From assembly GCF_902459465.1 (NCBI RefSeq), contig NC_047075.1, positions 248,001 through 312,000 of the forward strand: a stretch of 64,000 bases of DNA, in the 5' to 3' direction. Shown in pieces: positions 24,315 through 35,891 of the stretch. The stretch's first letter is position 1. Each line of letters begins with the position of its first letter. The translations under genes and the position numbers were made by a program. Origin of the DNA: Asterias rubens. Its lineage: Eukaryota. The notes under the pieces were generated by a model that was not told the origin of the DNA, searched no databases, and saw only the letters and a program-made list of their open reading frames with translations.

Positions 24315-27300
24315 ATGGCTTATAAACCTCGAGTAGCTCTTGGAGCCAGTACAACCCTAATCATTTGCAGTTTGATTCTCATGGGTCTTTTTGTAGTGTG
24401 TGCTACTGGCAACTGCATCGCTGGTGAAGTAGCGTTTGGATCACCACTATGGACTGGTGGTCTGGTAATAAACTAGTGTTTAAAACATTCATCTTAAACT
24501 AACTGGGTCAGAATATAACCTGGAGTCCTTGCCCCTGACCCAACTCGAGTCAAGCTGACCCGGAAACTGATTAAAAGGGTTATTTTGACTGTAATTATGT
24601 GTCATCGTTTTGTGTAATAAATTGTTGACACATAATTGACCTAGATATCGACCCCACAAGTTCTTGATCCGGTTCAATTCTGACCCGGGAAAATTTTAGA
24701 ATTAACTTTGGGCTTTCCATTGTCGTAACATGAGGGGGCGGGGGACAGCCGCTGAGTCTCCCGACCACAGCCATTGCTCCAATACAGCACCACAGAACAT
24801 AACTATGTATCTACCAATAAGTAACATGACAAGTAGAAAATCTGTTTCAATTCAGCCTGTAAACAGCAGTCATTCCATTTCCAGATAAAACGAAAGGAAC
24901 GCAATAGGAAATTCCTGTTGTTGTGGTTATAGGTAGCGACTCATACGAAGGTAGCCTATTATACATCCACGGTATTTTAGCATTTGAAACTTTGCATGGT
25001 GGAAATACGATATGGAAAGGTCTGCGGTAACACCATGTTATGATAATTTCTAAATGAGGTGGGGTGGTTTTGAAAAAAAACCCATTGGTTTCATTCATTT
25101 CAATCAGTATGCTCTGATCATCTTCTGCAGCTGTATTTTTACCATGCATCACCGAGCTCCATTTCCCGCCTCTATTTCCCGGTATGCTGGTCATCTCACC
25201 CCCTTGCAAGCTCGCCCCAAACAAAGTCGCCCCCTGCAAAGTCGCCTCCTGACCGGCTCGACCCGGGACTTTTCAAAGTCGCCCCCTTACAATGTCGCCC
25301 CTGGCAAATTCGTCCCTAACAAAGTCGGCCCTAGCAAACTCACCCTCTAACAAAGTCGCCCCAGACAAAGTCGCCCCTAAACAAAGTCCCCCCAGATGTT
25401 ATTTAGTTTGGAAAATGATTGTTAAATAGATTGTTAAGAGGATATTGATTGAGGCCAACATAAAGCCTATGTTTAGTTTGAGTTTGGGTAAAAATCATCA
25501 ATAGATAACTCAATAACTCAATGTATAAAATGTATAAAATGTACATGATTGGCAAGAAATGAATGACAGTGATAATTAATGTTAGATCATTTTAAACAGT
25601 TTAAATATAGGCCTACTCGGGTTTAAAGAAGAGAACCTTCACTATTTTCAATCACCAAATAAAATCTGGAGCGACTTTGCTAGAGGCGACTTTGTCTACC
25701 ACTCAGGTAATTTGCATTTTCTACGTTGTTCTGTGAACGCGCACATAACCACATAGCCATGTAGCGTCCCGAAAAATCACCCCTTGATAAACTTCGTTTT
25801 GGGTTTTTTTTTTCTTCAAAATCTAAACAAACAGGCTTTGTTAACTGGAATAATCGGAGTGTATATGTCAGCAACGAAGTCAGAGAATAGATGTGTAAGT
25901 AGATAACCCTTTGTCTTTTCCTACACAATATTATAACTATTATTTTGTTTGTCGGCCATTTTGGATTTTGGTTTATATTTTGTACATGAAATTTTGATCA
26001 CAATTTTTACTTTATATTTCTACTACCAATAATTGGACCATTTAAGTTTGTTTACTTTCTCTTCAAGATTTTGTCATTTCTTTTCGTCTGTCAGAAATCT
26101 TTGTGTGTTTTTTTGTTGTCCTTAAAAGTGGGTATTAAATCAGCACCCAATGTCGAACATTGTGTATCGTTGCTTTTTTTTGTCAAAATGATGAGGACAA
26201 ACTCCAAAACGCCCTCTAATGGTAGTTGTTGAATTGGTGTATTACATCGTGTGAGATTTATCATTAAAGAATATTCCTCGATTTTTTTCAAGACTTCGGC
26301 TGTGAAATTTACAAGAAAAAGGAGAAGAAAAAACACAGGCAGTGGACGGAAATAAACAAAAATGTTAAATAAAAGGGACCGATTCGAAATCTGCAGGCTA
26401 TTGTTGCCTAAAAGTATTCATAGTTTGTTTAATTTCATTGTAATTTTCTACCCTTTTACACTCAGGGGCCGTTATTCTTAGCTTTGAGCATCATTTGCAT
26501 ATTCATCTCCATTGCATGTATTGGTTTGTCACTATACGCTTCAATAAACGAACTCATCATCTGGAACTTTTTCTTTTGGTTGACCATGGCGACTATGGCT
26601 TTGACTTTGAGTATCGTGTCCTGTGTGACGTCATGTCAATATTGTTGCTGTTGCCAGGAAACACGACCAATACAGGTAAGTTGTTTATTTTCTTTTAACC
26701 TTAATTCTTTAGAGCTGGGTTCTTACTCAAAGTTAAAACAAAGAGTATACTTGCCCTACCATAATTATTAGAAAAACGTTGAGTTCCGATTGTCAACAAA
26801 GATTCGCTTGGCATTCACTTTCTGATTGGAAGGTTGGTATTTTTATTTGTTCATTCATTTTACTCGTTATGTAATAGGGTACTGAAAGGGTTGCCGTAGT
26901 TAGTTCTACCGATAGATCAGGTTTCCACATCAATATGATGCACTTCTTAAGTACAATGTGGTTGAACTTTGTAAATTTATTTACAGCGAAACTTCAACCA
27001 AAAGGCAACCAACATAAGGCGTGATCACTGTCACATGGATACAGCCCGGTATACCTTACATTTTGAATCAGCAATACTTCAATAATAACTTTTACTTATT
27101 ATTTTGTATTCTACCGTAGCAGACTGTTGTTTACCATGGTGGACATCAAGTTCCTCAAAACATCGTTTTAACAAACACCAACACCATCCAGCACCCCCAG
27201 CAACAAGGTCAGCCCCAAATGGTATTCCTTAACCCTTACGGCGCACCCCAGGGAGGGCAATTTGTACCACAGGGTTATTCTGCACCACAAGTACTGAACC

Positions 27301-27977
27301 AGCCACTAGGTGGCGCCCCAGGTTGTCAACTTTGGTATCCACCAACCCCAGTAGATGTACATGTACGTCCATTTGTAGCCCCGGTCCAGCCACACCCCTC
27401 AGCACCACCTCCTCCCCATCAAGAACAAACACCAGTCGCCAACCAGATTAGACCAGTTACAACCGCTCCAGACCAGTCACAGGCAGTTCAACTCTCCACA
27501 ACAGAAAACAACCAATGGACCGCTCCCCAAAGTCAGCCGACTCCATTGACACAAGCTCAGCAAGGCGTTGGTAGCCCTTCGTCTCAGCAATCAGACACAC
27601 CGTCTTCGAAGCCAGTTGCCAACCAGATTAGACCTGTTACAGCCGATCCAAACCAGTCACAGGCAGCTCAACCCTCCACAACTCCTCCCGCACAACCTCC
27701 GAACGTTTATCAGGAATTGATAAAAGAAGAAAACACCCAAAAGAGGTCTCCCGAAGTGCCTGATGATGGGAGTTACGTGGATCCTATTAAGGCGTCTTCA
27801 AGTCCGCCGGAAAACTCGGCATCTCGAATCGATTCTGGAGCTTACGCGTGTATAGAAGAGCCGTCTTATAATTACGCCGATCCTGGGCTGGCGCGGGAGT
27901 TTGTGTCGCCCGCAGAGCGATCCGAGTACGTCAATGACAGTGTCGCCAAGCGACCAGAGGCAAAAAGGCCCAAGTAA
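24315..27977 (+). CDS. MS4A/CD20-like four-pass membrane protein 1 with a long P/Q-rich, tyrosine-motif C-terminal tail, about 425 aa
   Basis: Exons: 24315-24464 (TM1...FGSPLWTGGL), 25835-25894 (ALLTGIIGVYMSATKSENRC), 26466-26675 (TM3, TM4, CQYCCCC), 27120-27977 (tail, TAA). All GT-AG, all phase 0. The P-x-W-x-G motif before TM2 is typical of the CD20/MS4A family. An upstream acceptor TTTACAG at 24277 implies a non-coding first exon. Confidence 0.85.
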
Positions 27978-28860
27978 TAAACTAATCCGAGCTCGCAAAA
28001 ATATAATTCTGCCATATACATGTAGTCACATTATCAATGAAGAAAAAACAGTAGTTCTATAAAAAACAGCTGAAATAACGCAATCATTACAGTCCAAAAT
28101 ATGAATTGTATGTCATTTTATTAGTATGTCATAAATTTAGTAATTATATTTTAAAAGTACTTTAAACAACAAATTAATGGTCAATGTGAAATATTACAAT
28201 TAAAAAGTATTTAAACAACCGTTCTATGTCATCAGTGCCAAGAAATGGAAGTAGCGCACTCATCCCCATTGTGTTTAATTTAAATTTAAAAAAACATCAA
28301 AATACGCGGCGCGTGCTTGTTTTAAGTGTTTGTCATCAAAGATGGCGGACATAGTGCAATAGATCTTAAGATAGATTTAAGTTGTTACTGTGCAGTATCA
28401 CTTTCCAGATTTATTATACGATTATTAACAAACCGTCTCGGATTACTCAAAATTGCCAAACACCCGAAGCTATGGTTGTGACGTCATGATTAAATCAGGT
28501 CCGTTGATGTACATTCGTGCCATTGAGTGATATGAGTTCATGTACAGCCGCCCACAATCATGACGTCACAGAAAATTCAATGCACCAGTGTATTTAATGA
28601 GTTGTAATTAAATCTATTTGTATGAACTTTTCTGTTTAAAGTTGGAAGTCACCATACAAATTACTGAACTGTTTTCGTTACAAATTAATTACAAAATGGT
28701 GAACGATAAGTTGATTTATAATTAGAAAACATTGTCAGAAAATTAAGTACATTCAAGTAAACAGGGAAAAATAACCCAAGTCCGAGCACGAATAATTTGA
28801 TTTTGACAATATTTTTAGAGACACTTTGTTAAAGCCATGTTACACGAAGTACAGGCAACG

Positions 28861-29213
28861 AGGGGTCGATTTCACAACACTCTTCCTAACTTGGGACTAG
28901 GGCAATGCTAAGAGATAGGACAGTAGTTAAGCGCAGTTACTGGTTGTCCTCAGTCGATTTCACAACACTCTTCCTAACTTGGGACTAGGGCAATGCTAAG
29001 AGATAGGACAGTAGTTAAGCGCAGTTACTGGTTGTCCTCAGTCGATTTCACAACACTCTTCCTAACTTGGGACTAGGGCAATGCTAAGAGATAGGACAGT
29101 AGTTAAGCGCAGTTACTGGTTGTCCTCTGTCGATTTCACAACACTCTTCCTAACTTGGGACTAGGGCAATGCTAAGAGATAGGACTAAGTTAAGCGCAGT
29201 TACTGGTTTTCCT
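28861..29213. repeat. 88-bp tandem repeat, 4 copies
   Basis: gtcgatttcacaac at 28865, 28953, 29041 and 29129. Confidence 0.92.
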
Positions 29214-30360
29214 CACTTCACATTTTCTACCCACGAATTAACACAGATGCATGAACTCTTTGTTAAACACAAGATGAAAGTGACTTGACATAATTATCTC
29301 GGCGTTCTAATTTCAAATTTTCAATGGCACGATTTGAAAACCTAAAACAAAGAAAGTGCCTGCGTGCCTTTTTTTATTAATTTTAAATTTATTTCCCGTC
29401 CAATCAAAGTCCAATCAATGAGGAAGATATAAAATAAAATTGAGTTTACGAAATACAAAATAATCACATAAAGAAGTTAATATAAACAAGTACAAAAATA
29501 ATATATTGAAAATACGTTAATTCTCTACAACCTTCGCATGTGACCAATTAGGAAGAAATTATTAAGGTGATATTTTTGGACGATGGTGGCAGCAGACAGA
29601 ACGTTTTTTTTGCGACTCACATAAAGTGCCACGCCCATTTTTATATCCCAAAGGAATTTTCAAACAGGTTAAACAATATACATTGTAGACCAATCTATCA
29701 TTCAGTAACCCGTATCACTAAGAAACATGTTGCTGTCTTGACTTATTAATGACGTCACCTAAGAAGCTCCTCATTGGTCAGCTATCTTTAGACAATTTTT
29801 TGACGGTTAATTTTCCACGAGGTAAGTTTTCTTGAAATACGTTAAAATTTAGTAAAAATTTGACCCTAAACGCTGAGAATGACCATAATGTTACAACACG
29901 AATAATTATAAACCTGTACAAAAAAACGAAAACACTGAATAAACAACAAACAATAATCAAATAGGCACCGAATTTGTAATCAATTTTAGTACGACTGTTG
30001 TTTTAAATATAGTTTCCAAAAGTGTTTAAATTCCAGCTGAGTGTTTGTTTATACAAGAATCAAATGATCCAAAGAAGCTAACAGTACAAAGCCCACTTTC
30101 AAAGACTTACTAAGCACAGAAAAGTGTTGCTTAGCAGGAATTTACCAGCCCAAATTACATTAAGTGTACACTGTTGGTGTCCCACTTAATGTTTCCTTGG
30201 CAAAGGAATTTGTCAAGTACTTTTTTCTGCATAACAGCTTTATAAAGTTGGGCCAAGGACGTATCGGTGGAGATCAGGCGAACCTTAGACTGTTGGGTTG
30301 TAGCGCCCCCATCGTCAGTTAATATTCCAGCTTATGATGAATCCCACCGTTGAGGGCGCC

Positions 30361-31960
30361 TTATATTCGCCCTTTTCCGACGTCATCAATGATCTGTTTT
30401 GAACAATAACAGTAATTAAGAATTACGAATAATGATGTAAACATGGACTATGACCAGGCTGAGGGTATAAAACAATCATCACCAGCAAAGATTTAAATAG
30501 TATTGGTTAACAGTAAAGGTGCGACTATGCATAACCACTTTAACATTAGATATCATTTAATGAATAATAATACAAATTTGAAGGCCTATAATTATATGAA
30601 ACATTTAAATCACACGTTGAATAATAATAGTCAATATATTAAACAAACAACATAAGCGACATGCACAATGGGAATAAGTAACAGTGACAATATAGCAACA
30701 GTGCCAATCAAAGATCAATAAACAAGAATCTATCATGAAGAGATGTTTATCAATCAGTCAACCAACCGATCACTTAAATAATCAATGAATCAATAAATCA
30801 AGCAATCAATTAATTAATCAACCAATCAAGAAATTAATCAATCATAAATAAATTAATCAACAAACAATCAAATAAATATATCACTAATCCATCAATGTTC
30901 CTGTCAATAAATCAATCAATAATTATAAGTAAATAAATCAACAAACAAATCAATCAAATCACTTTTCCGTCAATTGGTATCAATGAACAATCAATGTAAA
31001 ACAAATTCCACACTGTCATAAACAAAGTGAAAAAATACACAAGATGTAAAGAACAGATGGGACTGAGTAATTATTAAAGACTTGAAGAAAGGAAGGAAAC
31101 AATATGAAGGATAATTTAAGAGGTACAAAGAAACAAAATTGAAGATGAAAGTCAAAACAGAAAAACCTTACCTCTGAATATTCCGCACAGCAACACCCAA
31201 TACCAAACGCAGCCAACCCTGACATCGTTGCTAACAAAGCTAAGAGGTCAATACCAGCATCCGCTGCGATGACCCCAACCCAAAGTTCAAAGGTAAGATT
31301 GAAGGATTGGTTCTGAAACGTTGCTGGTTGATATTCTTGAAAGTATTGACTGTTGTAAAGGTTGTATGTGTGGATAGCGACGTTGCCAAGGGCTGAGGCG
31401 ATTGCTAGGATGCACATAAAAGCGGTCCCTCTTGAACTCTGTGGGCAAACAACAAAATAAAGTTTGAATAAGTTGAGTTCCATTTTTTAACTGTGGTTTT
31501 AATTCACAACATTGTACATTTAAAATTCATGCCCTGTACGGACAGAGAATTCAGAATTGTGATTTGTCAGAATTACGATAATGTTATACAAAACATTACA
31601 AAACAAGTTTATCTTACCCAATCATCGTCGCTCATTTTCTTTGCAATAAAAATTGATGCTACACCAGCCATAAAAATCTGTTGGCAAAGAAAAAGCAAAA
31701 CAAATTGAAAACATCTGTATTGTATGTCCTGATAAAGAGCCACATTGAAAGGTTTGACCAATTCTGTTCAATCAATTAGGATAACTTACCGCTGCCCCAC
31801 CCCATATAAGGGCATGACCAGTTGTAAAGATAACAAGGAAGTCAAAGAAGTTGAAAACAACGCCCGCAGCGGCGTAAAACATGCCAATGGTAATCAGGAG
31901 AGCACCGCTGCATTTGAGACATCGGAACCGACATCTTGTAGAACCACAAGAACAACACAT
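30361..31960 (-). CDS. MS4A/CD20-like four-pass membrane protein 2 (convergent paralog), about 176 aa
   Basis: Exons: 31960-31790 (MCCSCGSTRC...HALIWGGAA), 31677-31618 (IFMAGVASIFIAKKMSDDDW; 60 nt like exon 2 of paralog 1), 31438-31172 (TM3, loop with NQS and NLT sequons, TM4, GCCC), 30393-30361 (IIDDVGKGRI, TAA; least certain). All GT-AG, phase 0. Confidence 0.8.
30755..30995. repeat. Degenerate (AATC)n microsatellite
   Basis: Repeated aatc/aatt/aata tetramers in the last intron of MS4A-like 2. Confidence 0.75.
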
Positions 31961-34766
31961 TGTAATGGCGGACTGCTTCTATTCAATCTGTTGGTTAAAA
32001 AAGATCAACCAATAGTTAATACAAACAGGTTTTTTTTGTTCAATTGACGATACTTATGCTTTCATCAGCCTGTTATGGGAAAGACACTGGAGACTCTTCA
32101 TGAGCATGCTGATGACTCGCTGACATAAATTTCACCCATCTGCCTATAAAGCAAAAAGTAGCTAAGCACAATTTACTCTCTAGGTTAAAGTTACAAACAA
32201 TGTCACATGCCATATGTGACTAGTATTTTCGCTAAGCATTATTTTCTGCTTGGGCAGTTAGATGAAATTGTGACCTGGTTGAAAGTTGACACCCTCTCGT
32301 GAAAATAATATCGGCAACACAAGAAGGAAGTGTCCATTTAATCATCAGTCCATAATTATAATTAATGCAACTATTAGCTTCAACATTTACTTCACCATAC
32401 AATATTGTGTTGGGTCCTGTGAGTGCTGGGTATAGCTTCAGCTCTTTCTTGCACTAGGTGTGTCTAAATTATCTTTAGCTTCAATATATTATTTCTGTCT
32501 AGGGATGTTGTTTGTCTTTTTGTTTCATCCTAGAGTTGTGGGTTGGAAATATAAAGATGTTTCTCAACTCTTGCTATAAAATGATTGGGATTTGTTTAGT
32601 ATACGATGTAAAGACAATTTTGAAACAAACAACAAAATAAACAAACAAACAAACAAACAAACAAGCAACATCACTGCAAAATAAATTGATTTTGTAAAAA
32701 ACATATGCCATTCACAAAATGTACTATTTGCGACGTTGAATAATTGTCCATTATTACTATACATGGGTACGTTAGAGTAAAACTTGGCAACATTTAACTT
32801 CACTCTGAATGAAAGAGATCATTTCTAAATGATGGGATCACTACCCACTATGGTTGGTGACGACATGAGTATGACGTCATTAAGGTTTACTGTGAGTACA
32901 TATCGACGTTTGGTTAACACATGTAATATTGGATTTCATTATTATGTTAATAAGTGTCTGTATTGATGAAATGTCACTGATATTAAATCGCTTCTGTAAT
33001 AACTAAATGACTGTTCGTAAACATATGGGTAGGCGGGGCATGGGATTGGGTGTGTTTGGACTTTAACAACATATCTTTTCACACGACAGTAATTTATCAT
33101 GGGTCTCTTGCTATTAAGTTTTACAAGTTGCACTTCTTGTGAAAGGACACCAATGTTTAGACTGACATGGGTCCCCCTCGTATAATGATATCGCAAATTT
33201 GATGTTAAACTTTGTTGTTGTTTCACACGAGGTGCAAGTTTGCACCCATGCTAAAATTAAGCAAGGGACCATTGCTAAATTGTTGTGTGTAAACGGCTTA
33301 TGTGATCCAGGCGTATACCATCCATTGGAATATCACATTGTTATGGCAGGTCTCGTTCATGCTTGAACTCTGAACCATTATCCTTATTTACCCGGAACTG
33401 TGCATGGTTCCTTCTAATTACTACATATCTGATTACATCCTATTAGTTTTACTGATAAGACTTTTGTTGTTTTTCTTTATCAGTCAAAACATGTTATTAA
33501 AAGTGAAGGTAAATATTTGATGTACTTAAGGATGTTTGATGTTTCTTTCTAAAAAGAAAGATAAAAGCAACTAAAGTGTGCTTAAGGTAATATTGTCTAG
33601 GACCTCTTGTGTTTGTTTGTACCGATATTATGCATCAAGTTAATAAACCACATGGGATATTATGCAGGTAGGTACATATTGATCTAATTGATGGCACAAC
33701 TCTTGCATCTAGAGTAAAGAATGTTATTTTGGTTTAACATTTACACGGTTGTTTGATGCTGGTAACCAGTAAAATCATAATGGTACATGAACATTGGCTT
33801 GTGCTTATTTGGAGATTGGTACGTAATGACGTCACTATCGTAAATATTTATTTAATGCCGCTGGTAGTCTCTTTTTAACGCTGGAAGACAAAAAGAGATT
33901 ATAACCTCCATATTTGGAAGACGTATGAGAAACTTTTTCACTCAGAAACGTTTCTCATCATACAGAAACGTTTATCAAATTGAAACGTTTTTAAATCTCT
34001 CACTCTAAAACCACAATTTGAAGAAGAGAATCGTTTCTCACAATCTTATTTATCATTCAAATTCAATTAAATTTTTATTGGACCACAAAAAGGTAGTTCA
34101 AATGCTCATACAGTAAACAACTATTGATACATTAAAATCATTAAAACACATGCTTCTTTTATGATAATTAATTTTCAGTGGAGTAATTACCAAGTGCATA
34201 CATTCCCTTAAAAAACTTACCCTTTCAATTCGTTTGAAACGAAGCAAAGGAGACGCCAATACGAGAAATGTAATCCATAAAATTGAATGTGATAATAAGT
34301 ATGTCCTGTGCTACACGCATCTCCATATGTCGATTTATAGTCCAATACCATCGTTACGGTATTATACGCAATGTCGTCAAGTAGTCTATTGTTACAATTT
34401 TAATAATATTAATTAAAATATTGGAACATCGATTTTATATTAATATTCTACTAATTATCTACATACAGCTACAGATCATTGTAAACACTCCCCAGAATGC
34501 ATTGCAACAAAATGTTGTGTGGTGGTTTATTTGATTTGATTAATAATACTAATATTATTAGTTATAACAGTAAATAGATCAGGGTTATTGAGTTAGCCTC
34601 TATATTACTGGTATTATTATTAGGCCTACGGCAATACCCAAAAATCCATAGTAAACATGTAGCGTTGTTCATAAGGCTCATATTTTTAAGTAATGGGTCT
34701 ACTTCTATGTTGTTGTGTTTTTGTGTTTAAAAAACAATTGGGGCAAAGGAATTTTCAATGGGGCAA

Positions 34767-35304
34767 NNNNNNNNNNNNNNNNNNNNNNNNNNNNNNNNNN
34801 NNNNNNNNNNNNNNNNNNNNNNNNNNNNNNNNNNNNNNNNNNNNNNNNNNNNNNNNNNNNNNNNNNNNNNNNNNNNNNNNNNNNNNNNNNNNNNNNNNNN
34901 NNNNNNNNNNNNNNNNNNNNNNNNNNNNNNNNNNNNNNNNNNNNNNNNNNNNNNNNNNNNNNNNNNNNNNNNNNNNNNNNNNNNNNNNNNNNNNNNNNNN
35001 NNNNNNNNNNNNNNNNNNNNNNNNNNNNNNNNNNNNNNNNNNNNNNNNNNNNNNNNNNNNNNNNNNNNNNNNNNNNNNNNNNNNNNNNNNNNNNNNNNNN
35101 NNNNNNNNNNNNNNNNNNNNNNNNNNNNNNNNNNNNNNNNNNNNNNNNNNNNNNNNNNNNNNNNNNNNNNNNNNNNNNNNNNNNNNNNNNNNNNNNNNNN
35201 NNNNNNNNNNNNNNNNNNNNNNNNNNNNNNNNNNNNNNNNNNNNNNNNNNNNNNNNNNNNNNNNNNNNNNNNNNNNNNNNNNNNNNNNNNNNNNNNNNNN
35301 NNNN
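34767..35304. other. Assembly gap (538 N)
   Basis: Run of n characters. Confidence 1.
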
Positions 35305-35744
35305 TATTGGATTGAACTGGATTGTTACACACATCGGTATATAAATAACACTACGACATTTACAATTACACAACTCCAATTGTACAGCAGTTTGTAATAA
35401 TTATTAAGTTCCAGTTTGTGTTAGATGTGCTAGTCTTGTTAAACTCTTCTATGTGAAATGGATTCACTTTCATCAAATTAGTTGCCAATATCTATTATTG
35501 ATTTTTTTTTTACATAAACAATTTTAAACAAAATAATGTTCTCAAGTTATGCTGGTATTAATATTATTTTATTTCTCCTTGTTGTTTTTTTAACCCTTTT
35601 CTGTTTTCCAAACATAATATATAAAGCTTTGTAACATACAATGCTAAGGAAAAGTTATTCAAGCATTTTTTGTTTCAGGTTTCCTAGAATGACTGCTTTC
35701 ACCACGCCTTTGGTGGCACATGTACGTCACGTATACACCGAAGG

Positions 35745-35891
35745 GTACGTTCGTTTAGCTTTCCTGGGTCGACCCCGGTGTGTGACGTTTTTTATCCCAG
35801 GACGAGTGTGTGCAGATAATTACCCACGTCCGTCCTGGTAAAAAAACCGCCACGCACCGGGGTGGACCCAGGGGAGCTAAATGAACGCACC
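35745..35891. mobile_element. Small palindromic MITE
   Basis: gtacgttcgtttagctttcctgggtcgaccccggtg ... caccggggtggacccaggggagctaaatgaacgcac. A related element lies at about 50766-50950. Confidence 0.7.

Noticed and set aside
23944-24354. ORF with NKIHMNV and QSIN repeats
   Set aside because: Reads through a 21-bp minisatellite and a (GATT)n microsatellite.
25108-25181. Hydrophobic YALIIFCSCIF stretch as TM2 exon of MS4A-like 1
   Set aside because: Its donor is phase 2, incompatible with the next exon, and its start matches a dispersed repeat (also near 1970 and 58112). The 25835-25894 exon fits phase, length and motif.
34693-35397. Long ORFs of about 185-234 aa in several frames
   Set aside because: They consist of X residues from the N gap.
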